A stretch of 64,000 nt of DNA from Mobula hypostoma. Its lineage: Eukaryota. The stretch lies in the NCBI RefSeq assembly GCF_963921235.1, contig NC_086108.1, forward strand, positions 3,596,001 to 3,660,000. The letters are read 5' to 3'. Below the pieces are notes generated by a model. The model was given only the letters and a program-made list of their open reading frames with translations, was not told the DNA's origin and made no database searches. The position numbers and the translations under genes are program-made. Positions 11,281 through 22,789 of the stretch are shown one piece after another. How positions within the stretch are numbered: position 1 is the stretch's first letter; every line of letters begins with the position of its first letter.

Positions 11281-12505
11281 CTGGAAGGACTGTTTGGCGC
11301 CCCGAATGGTGGCAAGAGAGGAAGTGTAGGGACAGGTGTAGCATTACGTTGAGCACTTCCGCTCCACCCGCCACAACAGACAGGATCTCCCGGTTGCCAC
11401 CCATTTCAACTCTGCTTCCCACTCCTATTCAGATATGTCCATACATGGCCTCCTCTACTGCCATGATGAGGCTAAACTCAGGTTGGAGGAGCAACACCTC
11501 GTATACCGTCTAGGTAGTCTCCAGCCCCTTGGTATGAACATCGAGTTCTCCAACTTCCAGTAATTCCCTCCCCCTCCCTTCCCCTATCCCTATGTCACTC
11601 TGCCCCCTCCCCCAGCTGCCTATCACCTCCCTCATGGTTCCGCCTCCTTCTACTACCCATTGTGTTTTCTCCTATTCCTTCTTCACCTTTCCTGCCTATC
11701 ACCTCCCTGCCTCCCTTCCCCCACCCCTTTATCTTTCCCCTTACTGGTTTTTCACCTGGAACCTACCAGCCTTCTCCTTCCCACCCTCTCCCCACCTTCT
11801 TTATAGGGCCTCTGCCCCTTCCCTCTACAGTCCTGATGAAGGGTTCCGGCCCAAAATGTTGACTGATCATTTCCACGGATGCTGCCCGACCTGCTGAGTT
11901 CCTCCAGCGGGTGGTGGGTGTTGCTTTGACCCCAGCATCTGCAGAGTATTTTGTGTTTCTATCTATACTGTGCCTTGTAGACTATTCCCAGAAACATTTA
12001 CCATCTCTGCTCTGCCATCATCCCCACCAGTATCCTCCTCCAATGCACCTGAGCAAGGTCCTTTCTCATGCCTCTGTAATTCCCTTTATTCCATTGTGAT
12101 ACTGATACACGTGATTTATGCCTCCCCCTCTCAAACTGCAGTAAGAAGTCAATCATATTATGATCACTGTCTCCTAAGGGTTCCTTTACGTTAAGCTCCC
12201 TAATAAGATTTGGGTTATTACACAACACCCAATCTGAGATGGCCTTTTCCCAAGTAGGCTCAACCACAAGCTGCTCTAAAAAGCCATCTCGTAGGCATTC
12301 AACAAATTCCCTCTCCTGCTATCCTACACCAACTGATTTTCCCAATCCCCTTGCATATTGAAGTCCCCCATTACAATTGTGTCATTAGCTTTTGCAATCT
12401 CAACCCCACATCGCGGCTACTATTTCGAGGCCTATATATGATTCACCTGATGGGTTTTTTTACCTTTGCAATTTCTTAACTCCACCTACAAAGGTTCAAC
12501 ATTCT

Positions 12506-12750
12506 CTCAAACAACAGGAAATCTGCAGACACTGGAAATTCAAGCAACACACATCAAAGTTGCTGGTGAATGCAGCAGGCCAGGCAGCATCTCTAGGAAG
12601 AAGTACAGCCGATGTTTCGGACCGAGACCCTTCGTCAGGACTCATGCGTCATGCGTCAGGACCCTTTGTCCTGACGAAGGGTCTTGGCCCGAAATGTCGT
12701 CTGTACCTCTTCCTAGAGATGCTGCCTGGCCTGCTGCGTTCACCAGCAAC
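12506..12750. mobile_element. Short palindromic Penelope pseudo-LTR insertion with two hammerhead cores and an 11-bp target duplication
   Basis: Inverted arms around ~12645-12667. ttcaacattct occurs at both 12495-12505 and 12751-12761. Confidence 0.8.
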
Positions 12751-12869
12751 TTCAACATTCTTTGACCCTATTTCACCTTTTTCTAAAGATGTAATTTCAT
12801 CTCTTACCAACAGAGCCACACCAGTGCCTATGCCTTCCTGCCTGTCCTTTCGATACAAAGTATATCTCT

Positions 12870-14380
12870 GTCATAGTCATAGTCATAGTCATACTTTATT
12901 GATCCCGGGGGAAATTGGTTTTTGTTACAGTTGCACCATAAATAATTAAATAGTAATAGAACCATAAATAGTTAAATAGTAATATGTAAATTATGCCAGG
13001 AAATTATGAAATAAGTCCAGGACCAGCCTATTGGCTCAGGGTGTCTGACCCTCCAAGGGAGGAGTTGTAAAGTTTGATGGCCACAGGCAGGAATGACTTC
13101 CTATGACGCTCTGTGTTGCATCTCGGTGGAATGAGTCTCTGGCTGAATGTACTCCTGTGCCCACCCAGTACATTATGTAGTGGATAGGAGACATTGTCCA
13201 AGATGGCATGCAACTTGGACAGCATCCTCTTTTCAGACACCACCGTCAGAGAGTCCAGTTCCATCCCCACAACATCACTGGCCTTACGGATGAGTTTGTT
13301 GATTCTGTTGGTGTCTGCTACCCTCAGCCTGCTGCCCCAGCACACAACAGCAAACAAGATAGCACTGGCCACCACAGACTCGTAGAACATCCTCAGCATC
13401 GTCCGGCAGATGTTAAAGGACCTCAGTCTCCTCAGGAAATAGAGATGGCTCTGACCCTTCTTGTAGACAGCCTCAGTGTTCTTTGACCAGTCCAGTTTAT
13501 TGTCAATTCGTATCCCCAGGTATTTGTAATCCTCCACCATGTCCACACTGACCCCCTGGATGGAAACAGGGGTCACCGGTACCTTAGCTCTCCTCAGGTC
13601 TACCACCAGCTCCTTAGTCTTTTTCACATTAAACTGCAGATAATTCTGCTCACATCATGTGACTACCGTAGGCCTGAACTCAGCCTCGTCTCCCTTGCTG
13701 ATGCATCCCACTATGACAGAGTCATCCGAAAACTTCTGAAGATGACAAGACTCTGTGCAGTAGTTGAAGTCCGAGGTGTAAGTGGTGAAGAGAAAGGGAG
13801 ACAAGCCAGTCCCCTGTGGAGCCCCAGTGCTGCTGATCACTCTGTCGGACACACAGTGTTGCAAGCACACGTACTGTGGTCTGCCAGTCAGGTAATCAAG
13901 AATCCATGATACCAGGGAAGCATCCACCTGCATCGCTGTCAGCTTCTCCCCCAGCAGAGCAGGGCGGATGGTGTTGAACGCACTGGAGAAATCAAAAAAC
14001 ATGACCCTCACAGTGCTCGCTGGCTTGTCCAGGTGGGCGTAGACATGGTTCAGCAGGTAGACGATGGCATCCTCAACTCCTAGTCGGGGCTGGTAGGCGA
14101 ACTGGAGGTGATCTAAGTGTGGCCTGACCATAGGCCGGAGCAGCTCCAGAACAAGTCTCTCCAGGGTCTTCATGATGTGGGAGGTCAATGCCACCGGTCT
14201 GTAGTCATTGAGGCCGCTGGGGCGCGGCGTCTTCGGCACAGGGACGAGGCAGGATGTCTTCCACAGCACAGGAACCCTCCGGAACCTCAGGTTCAGGTTG
14301 AATACATGGCGAAGTACTCCACATAGATGAGGGGCACAGGCTTTGAGCACCCTGGTGCTGAAACCATCCAGTCCTGCAGC
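12870..14380 (-). mobile_element. 5'-truncated Rex1/Babar-like LINE (RT), inserted in the CR1
   Basis: ORFs 13655-14470 (NDYRPVALTS, FFDFSSAFNTI, GAPQG, KFSDD) and 13028-13627, with a 3' tail of AATAAA plus (GACTAT)n at ~12870-12900. Confidence 0.9.
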
Positions 14381-15442
14381 CTTTGATATATATCCCTTGA
14401 TATTAAGCTCCCAACTATTGGCCTTCTTTTTGCCATGACTCAGTGATGCCTGCAACGTCATTCCGACCAATCTCTAATTGTGCCACAAGTTTGTCCACCT
14501 CATTCCAAATGCTACACGCATTTAAATACAGCACCTTCAGTCCTGCATTGTTTGCCCTTTTGAATTTTGTCTCTGTGGTACAATTTAACTCTTCGCTCTG
14601 TCTGCAATTGTACCCAATCATTGGCTTGTCCTTCCTTACATTCATGTTACACCCATCATCTACTTGTAAACCTGCTGGCTCATCCTCAGCTCTATCATCC
14701 TGATTCCCATCCCCCTGACATATTAGTTTAAACCACTCCCAACAGCTCCAGTAAATCTGCCCGCAAGGATATTGGTCCCCCTCATGTTCAAGTGTAACCC
14801 GTCCCTTTTGTACAAGTCACACCTGCCCCAGAAGAGGCCCCAGTGATCCAGAAATCTGAATCCCTCCCCTGCTCCAATTCTTCAGACACGCATTTATCTG
14901 CCATCTCAATCTATTCCTCCTCACTGTCGCATGGCACAGGCAGTAATCCAAGATTACTACCTTTGAGCTCCTGCTTCTCAGCTTCCTGGGGGGCAAACTA
15001 CCATCCGTGTTTGCTTCTTGCACCCACAGAATCGCCTGTCTGCCCCCCTGACTACAGAGTCTCCTATAGCTACTGCCATCCTCTTCCATTCCCTACCCTT
15101 CTGAGCCGCAGGGCCAGACTCAGTGCCAGAGGCACGGCTGCTGTTGCTTCCCCCAGGTAGGTCATCCTCCCCACCACCACCAGTACTCAAAATGGAGTAC
15201 ACATTGTGGTGGGGGATGGCCGCAGGGCTGCTCACTGTCGTTAATGTGCAGTGAACTCAGTGCAGTGCAAGGCAGCAGAGAAGCCATGACACACAGGCTC
15301 TGTCTACCCACAGATAGGCTGGGCGTAAGAATCAGAATCAGGTTTAATATCACCGGCATATGTCATGAAATGTATTGTCTGTGGTAACAGTACAATGCAA
15401 TACATGGTAATAGAAAAAATGTGAATGACAGTAAGTACAGAA

Positions 15443-15474
15443 AACACACAGACACAGACACACACACACACACG

Positions 15475-15522
<48 letters not shown>

Positions 15523-15571
15523 CACACACACACACACACACGCACACACACACGCACACATAGACACACAG

Positions 15572-15604
<33 letters not shown>

Positions 15605-16013
15605 CGTGCACACACACACACCCACACATAGACACGCAGACACACACACACACACACGCACACACGCGCGCACGCATAGAGACACACATACACACGCACG
15701 CACACACACACACACACACACACATAGACACACAGACACAGACACACAGACAGACACAGACACATACACACAGACAGACACACACACACACACACACACA
15801 TAGACATACAGACACACACAGACACAGACATACAGACACAGAGACACACACACATACACAGACACACACACACACACATGCGCGTGTACACACACAGACA
15901 CACACACAAACACGCTTGCACACATGCATGCAGACACAGAGACACAGACACAAACACACACACAGCACACACACAGATACAGACACACAGACACACACAC
16001 GTGCACACACACA
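15443..16013. repeat. Imperfect (CA)n microsatellite
   Basis: ~570 bp of CA/CAGA repeats, read directly. Confidence 0.97.
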
Positions 16014-16015
16014 TA

Positions 16016-17325
16016 CTTCTTCTTCTCCTTCGGTTGTCCATCGGAATCCGATGACGTCGTCCACTCCTTTAACAGTGAGATCTTTGATGACTATACAGTC
16101 CTATCCTGGACCCACAAGCTCTGTTACAGGTGGGACATGTATATGTGATCGTGGTGGCAACCATGGCTGCATTTCTCCCGGCTCTCTTCTGCTGTCTTCT
16201 GGTTGTTCTTTCCATCTCCAGAATACGAACCCCGTCCCTACACAGCTGTCACCAAGTGGTACGGTCAGCAGCAACATCCTGGGGTCCTCGAGTCTGATCC
16301 TGCACTTCCTTAAAGCATTCTTCATCTGATCCTTACAGCGCTTCTTCTGCCCTCCAGCTGAGTGTCGACCATGATGTAGCTGGCCGTATAACACTCTGCG
16401 GGGTAGCCGACATGGGGGCATCCTTATCACGTGCCCCAGCCACTGCAGCTGGCGCTGGGTGATCATGGCCTCAATACTCCTGCAGTTGGTCTTTACAAGT
16501 ATCTCAGTGTGAGGCACCCGCTCACCCCAGGTAATTCCCAGGATGTGCTGGAGGCAGTTTATGTGGAAGTGCTCCAAGAACTTGATGTGACGGCTGTAGG
16601 TTACCCGAGCTTCACAGCTATAAAGGAGGGTGCTGACACAGACCGCTTGGTATACGGCGACCTTTGTGGAGGGACGAAGGCTCCTGTTCTGAAAGACTCT
16701 ACGCCGAAGTCTCCCAAAGGCAGCTGATACCTGTTTAATGCGGCTCTGGATGTCGTTGTCAACGCCGCTATCCTCAGAGAGAATGCGCCCCAGATATTGG
16801 AAAGATGGCACTACTGACAGCTTTTCATCACCAACAGTGAAGGCAGGTAGAGTGGGTGGAACACTGGTACTCCATTGGCAAACCACTTCTGTCTTGGTGG
16901 TATTGACAGTCAACCCCATCCTGCTGTACGCTCTCACCACCACGGCAAGGACAGTCTGAAGATCCTCCAGAGTATGGGCCACAAGAGCACAGTCGTCTGC
17001 ATACTGCAGCTCCAGGACCCACTCTCTACAGAGTTTGGTGGTTGCGTGCAGCCTCCTGATGTCAAAGAGGTTGCCATCTGATCTGACGTCCACTGCCACA
17101 CCACTGCTGTCTTCAATCTCGTTGTGGAGAAGCTTGGTATCACACAAGAGGAAGATGTTAAAGAGCACTGGCGCTAGTACACACCCCTGCCTCACCCCTG
17201 TGCGTACAAGGTAGGGCTCAGACTCTTGTCCTCCTACGGTCACCCGAGCAGTCATCCCATCATGGAGGATGTTAACAAATTTATTGGGGCAACCAAACTT
17301 GAGGAGGACATCCCATAAGAGCTTT
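16016..17325 (-). mobile_element. 5'-truncated RTE-clade LINE (RT C-terminal half)
   Basis: ORF 16101-17255: GVRQGCVLAP, LQYADD, FQYLG, AAFGRL, QWLGHVIRM, with a (GAA)n tail at ~16016-16027. Confidence 0.92.
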
Positions 17326-17329
17326 CACA

Positions 17330-17417
<88 letters not shown>

Positions 17418-17428
17418 GACACACATAT

Positions 17429-17477
<49 letters not shown>

Positions 17478-17488
17478 GACACACATAT

Positions 17489-17531
<43 letters not shown>

Positions 17532-17548
17532 TACACACACACACAAAT
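17326..17548. repeat. (CA)n microsatellite with a 60-bp internal duplication
   Basis: Sequence lines 17401-17460 and 17461-17520 are identical. Confidence 0.95.
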
Positions 17549-17549
17549 A

Positions 17550-18140
17550 TATATAAATTAGTTAAGTTAAATAAGTAGTACAAAATTGAAATTAAAAATG
17601 ATGAGGTAGTGTTCGTGGGTTCAATGTCTGTTCAGGAATCAGATGGCAGAGGGGAAGAAGCTGTTCCTGAATCGTTGAGTGTGTGTCTTCAGGCTCCTGC
17701 ACCTCCTCCCTGATGGTAACAATGAGAAGAGGGCAGGTCCTGGGTGATGGGGGTCTTTAATGACGTATGCCACATTTTTGAGGCATCGTTCCTTGAAAAT
17801 CTCCTGGATACTAAGAAGGCTCTCCAGGGTACATCGGTAGAAATTTGTGTGTGATTTTACTGACCATACCAACTTTCCTCAAACTCCTAATGAAGTATGG
17901 CCGCTGTCTTGTCTTCTCAGTAGCTGCATCCATATGTAGGGTCCAGGTTATATCCTCGGAAATATTGACCCCCTGGAACTTGAAATTGCTCACTCTCTCC
18001 ACTTCTGATTCCTCTGTGAGGACTGGTGTGCGTTCTCTCATGTTACTGTGTTGGAACTCTACAATCAGCTCTTTGGTGTTACTGACATTGAGTGCAAGGT
18101 TGGTACTGCGACACCTCTCCATCAGCTGATGTAACTCACT
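17550..18140 (-). mobile_element. Rex1/L2-like LINE 3' fragment; its 3' UTR continues at ~15328-15440 beyond the CA/RTE/CA block
   Basis: NLALNVSNTKELIVEF...; IKDPHHPGPALFSLLPSGRR...FRNSFFPSAI; (GATTCT)n tail at ~15328. Confidence 0.8.
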
Positions 18141-19309
18141 CTTGTGCGTCCTCTCTGACTCAAGGCACAGCTCAGCTTAATGGAACTGAGTGCATTAATC
18201 TCGGTGCGGTGCAAGGCAGCAGAGGAGCCCGTCTCGGGATGTTACACAGGGGGTCCGTCTACCCACAGCAGGGTGTAGACAGAGAGAGAGCATCAGCAGT
18301 TCTCCCCGGACTACTGGTCAATATTTACACCCCTTCCTTGCAAGATCATTCAGGAAGGGTTCCGGCACTGTGTGTGTGTGTGCGTGTGTGTGTGTGTTGC
18401 TCTGGGTTTCCCACATCTGCAGAATCTCTGGTGTCACTAGCCCATTGCTGTCCGTGTGATGTTACCGTACACAAAATGGCTGCCATGATTCTGAAACCAC
18501 AGCGTCAGAGGCTCATCCATAGACGCTTCATTGGCTGTGACGGCTACAGAAACACAAGTTGCCTCCCTTGACAGTGAAGGAAGTTTAAACTATAGACTAG
18601 CCTGACTCGAAGGTTCCTTTGAGATACCGGCCGATGAATACAGAGCAATTAATAAGCATTTATTACCTGCCTTGATGGATTCTTTAAGGGTTTGAAATGC
18701 AGTCTATTCATCCAGGCAGAAGGAGAACCTCTGCCCTTTTTCACTCCTTTCATGTTGGATTGGAATAAAGATAACCTGACACCACAGTGGCCTACATTTT
18801 GCGATTACAGCTCTTTATACTTCTAAAAGCAATCAACGCCTATTAATTAGTAGTTTTAACTTTCATTCTTTCTTGAGCAAAGTTCCTTTTCATTTGCCAT
18901 TTTCTTGTTGTTTGAGGAGGGCTGGTGGGGGGGGGGGGAGTGCAGGGAGGGTGGGGTGGATGGGAGAGGCATCAGTTGTGAGTTTCCAGCAGGTCAGAGG
19001 TAGGAATGTTTTGTGCTATGCTTAATTGTCCACGGCCCAGAAACCAGGATTAGGAAACTGTGGCTCCGTTCGAGTGCCCTGACCCCGGGCAACTTTCTTG
19101 TAGTCGGTGGTAAAGGCAGGAGATTCTGCAGATGCTGGAAATCCAGAGCAACACACACAAAATGCTGGAGTATGGGAGTATGGGTCTGGAGGCCGGGCCA
19201 GCGTGTTGTGTGTTTCTTTCAGTCAAGCTCCCCTCCTGGCCTAATCTGAATTTGTGAACAAGGCCCTTGTAAAGTCTCAAAGTTCAAAGTATGTACATGT
19301 CACCATACA

Positions 19310-19799
19310 CAGTACTCTGCAAAAAGTCTTAGCTACATATAAACAGCCGGGGTGTCTCAGACCTTTACACGGTACTGTAGAAATTGTGCACAAAAAAACA
19401 GGAATTTCATGACATACATGAGTGATGATAAACCTGCTTGTGACATGGTTCTCTATTGTGGACTGGGAGTGGGAAGGGAGACGGAGAAGGGAAGGGAGAG
19501 GGGAGGGAGGGGAGGGAGCAGGAAGCACCAGAGGGACATTCTGTGATGATCAATAAACCAATTGTTTGGAATCAAATGACCTTGCCTGGTGTCTCAGGAC
19601 TGGGTGTGTCTGCACCCAAAACCACCCCCCACTGCTGCCACCTGTCCCATACCCCTCCCGTGGTGCTCCACCTTGCCATTCCCAACGTCCTTTGCTGCCA
19701 TCAGATTTACAAACTCGCTCTCTGTTCCACGTTGACAAATACCGTCCTGTGTAAAAGCCTGAGCTATATATCTGTGTCTGAGACTTTTGCACAATGCTG
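19310..19799. mobile_element. Tc1/mariner-type MITE with a palindromic TIR pair at each end
   Basis: cagtactctgcaaaaagtcttag...tcagacctttacacggtactg (19310-19377) and ccgtcctgtgtaaaagcctgag...tgagacttttgcacaatgctg (~19742-19799). Interrupts a LINE 3' UTR. Confidence 0.6.
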
Positions 19800-20845
19800 C
19801 ACGACGCTGAGATTCATTTTCTTGCAGGCATTCACAATGGAACGAAGAAAAGCAATGGAGTCCGTGTAAAACTACAGACAGACAAAGAGTGACGAACAGA
19901 CAGAGTGTAAAAGAAGAGAAATTGTGCTGATACAAAAACAACACGGAGAACACGAGTTGCAGAGTCTGTGAAAGGGAGTTCACCGGTTGTGGAATCAGCT
20001 CAGAGTCGTGGTGAGCGAAGTTATCCACTTTGGTTCAAGACCCTGATGGTTGAGGGGTGATGGCTATTCCTGAAGTTGATGAGTGGAACCTGAGGCTCCT
20101 CGATGGCAGCAGCAAGAAGAGAGCATCACCTGGGCGATGGGGGACCGCGATGACGGATGCTGCTTTCTTGTGGTACTGCTTCTCCACTCAATGATTGGAG
20201 GGCTTCGCCTGCGATGCGCTGGGCCGTACCTATCACTTTCTGTCAGCTTCTCCATTCTACGGCAGTTCTGGCATTGCCTAGAATGGAAAGTCACTCCCGT
20301 CTGATCGTTCTTCTGGGCAGTGTCTTTACAAGATGGGTGACCCTCGTCATCATCAATACTCCTCAGAAATTGTCTGCCTGGTGTCAGTGGTCGCATAACC
20401 AGGACTTGTGACCTGCACCGGCTGCTCATACGACCATCCAGCACCTGCTTCCGTGGCTTCACGTGACCCTGATCGAGGGAAGTGGGGGGACTACGCAGGT
20501 GCTAATCCTTGCCCAAGGGTGAGCCACAGACTAGCAGAGCGAAGGGACAGCTTACACCTCCTCTGGTAGACACGTATTGATACACGTGGCAAATAAAGCA
20601 AGATTTTGAATATAAACTAATTTAGTCCAGCACTGTGTCGGGGTGACGGAGTGAGCCACAGTCTCTCGAAGTTCAAGTACACATCAAGTGGTGCCTCTTT
20701 CGTTGAAAGCCTGAAGAAACATTGATGCTGAATAGTTTGGAGCCTTAGGCTGCATCATGACTTACTCACTTGATCTCCTCTTTTCTCTTAACTGGGCCGA
20801 ACTGTCTGGTAAATTTATCCCACACACCTAACTCATTCCATTTGT

Positions 20846-21235
20846 AATGTAATGGCTCCGTCTGTCTGAGTAGACAATAGATGCGCCCAGTACCTGGAGC
20901 ACAGATCTGGGCGATGAATATGGAGATCTTGGGCTGCCCAGACATCAAGATCCCCCTCTCGGCCTTGCGGAAGTGGTGCAAAGGAATGCGAAGCAGTACA
21001 TTTGGCATCAGCTTGGCTGCAGGAGCTGCCGGGAGGTGACGTGAGACGCCATCCAACCGCCTTAGGGGCTCCACTCCGATTTGGGTAGGGTTTACTCCTC
21101 AGCCTTCTCTTCTCCCGAAGATACCCACAAGGCAGTGGGATCCGTGACCCTGGATAGGGGCCCATACCGGGTACTGTCAGCCGGAGCCAGCTGAGCCCGA
21201 GACTCGTGTAGGGCAGGGTCGTCACACCCTGTAGT
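20846..21235 (-). mobile_element. RTE-associated non-coding retroposon (SINE-like)
   Basis: GC-rich and ORF-less, with a short (CATTA)n tail. Shares motifs (ggagcccctaaggc, cccggcagctcctgc) with 43850-44350. Confidence 0.5.
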
Positions 21236-21247
21236 AGTGACATATGG

Positions 21248-21926
21248 GAGAAGATGGCGGCGCGACGACAGCGTGCGCGGCCTCTCCGGTGATGAATATC
21301 TTTTATCTGTCAAGTGGGGGACCGTGCACAATCCTGATTTGATGGAGACAGACGTGAGTGCACAGCGGAACATCTGGAAAACTTCTGAAATGTCTGCTTT
21401 GCTACCGATGCTACTGTGTGGTAACCGGAATCTCTGGAGCTGAAGGCCTCGAAATCCTCGGCTTTGCGTGTTTCAGCGGCCGGGGTGAGGTCGAAGGCGC
21501 TCAGCAGAGGATGGCGCTCAGGAGGCTGTATCGGAGGGGCTGGTCGGAAGCTCGGAGTTTTCGGACGGATGGACTTAGGGTCGGCTGTGGTCGGCTGCTT
21601 CCAAGGTATCGGCAAGTTGACGGTGCCTGGAGGTTTATGGCAGGGAGTTTCTCCCTTTTGCCGCCTGCTATCGGGGACTCGGGAGTCGATCGACTCGGGG
21701 ACTTTGAGATTTTTTTTACTGTGCCTATGGGCTGTTCTTCATCAAATTATGGAATTGCTTTGCACTGCTGTAACTATATGTTATAATTATGTGGTTCTGT
21801 CAGTGTTAGTCTTTGGTTTGTCCTGTTTTCTGTGATATCACTCCGGAGAAACATTGTATCATTTCTTAATGCATGTATGCATTTCTAAATGACAATAAAA
21901 GAGGACTGAGTGTTCTCATAATCTAA
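21248..21926 (+). mobile_element. ~680-bp non-coding retroposon, copy 1
   Basis: Starts gagaagatggcg and ends gacaataaaagaggactgagtgttctcataatctaa. Homologous to the copies at 23613, 31150 and 56875. Confidence 0.85.
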
Positions 21927-22789
21927 AAAAAATGGAGCCCCTACCCACTACCTTATATTCCATTTGAAAGCCACAATTATTTCACTGTAATTATGTTAAA
22001 ATAAAGATCATTAAAGATTAAACACATGCTTATCGAAGATTTTCTTGAATTCCCTAATCAATCAGCCTCTACCATCACGGTTCCACGCATCCACCACTCT
22101 CCGTGTGAAAAAACGTGCTTCTGACTTTCCCCCCGTACGTTCCTCCTGTCACCTCAGTGTGCCCCCTCGTATGAGCCATTTCTGCCCTGGGAAAGGCAGC
22201 ATCTATGGAAATGAATAACAGTTGATGTTTCGGGTCGAGATACCCTTTCTCAGGTCTGGGAAGGAAGGGGAAAATCACCGGATTAAAAAGGTGAGGGGAG
22301 GGGAAGGAGGCTAGCTGGGAGGTGATGGGTGAAGCCAGGTGGGTGGGAAAGGTAAAGGGCTGGAGAGGAAGGAATGTGATAGGAGAGGAGAGTGGACCAG
22401 AGGAGAAAGGGAGGTGGGAGGGGACCCAGCGAGAAGTTATAGGCAGGTGAGAAGAGGGAAAAGGTCAGAGTAATGAACAGAGGAAGGGAGTGGTGCAATT
22501 TGTTTACCAGAAGGAGAAATTGATATTCATGCCATCGTCAATATCCCACTCACCAACTCATTCCATTGGTTAGTGACAATTATTTCATTATAATTAAGAT
22601 TCTAATTTCATTAAAGTAACGATCATATGTACATCAAAACCTGCAGTGAAATGCATGAACGACCAGCACAATTCCAGCAGCAACATAAATGGCCCACAAC
22701 TCACTAACCCTAACCTGTACGTCTCTGGAACGTGGGTTCAAACTGGAGGAAACCCGCACAAACATGGGGAGAACCTTAGAGATGTAATC

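Larger units (their letters stand above)
10597..11960. mobile_element. Penelope-like element as an inverted (fold-back) duplication
   Basis: Arms ~10597-11167 and ~11351-11921 are reverse complements of each other. Each arm holds the GIY-YIG C-terminus plus the pseudo-LTR. Confidence 0.9.
8538..15235 (-). mobile_element. Near full-length degenerate CR1 LINE with nested Penelope and Rex1-like insertions
   Basis: ORF1 esterase remnants (AIGDSVVRGADRRFCG, 14978-15235), APE remnants (YLNACSIWNEVD), RT ORF 9415-10323 (SPGPDGLHPRVL, GVPQGSVLG, KFADN), and a 3' tail at ~8540. Confidence 0.92.

Noticed and set aside
20760..20845. Possible minus-strand exon ending in gtgagtaag
   Set aside because: No polypyrimidine acceptor and no recognisable peptide; it abuts a retroposon tail.
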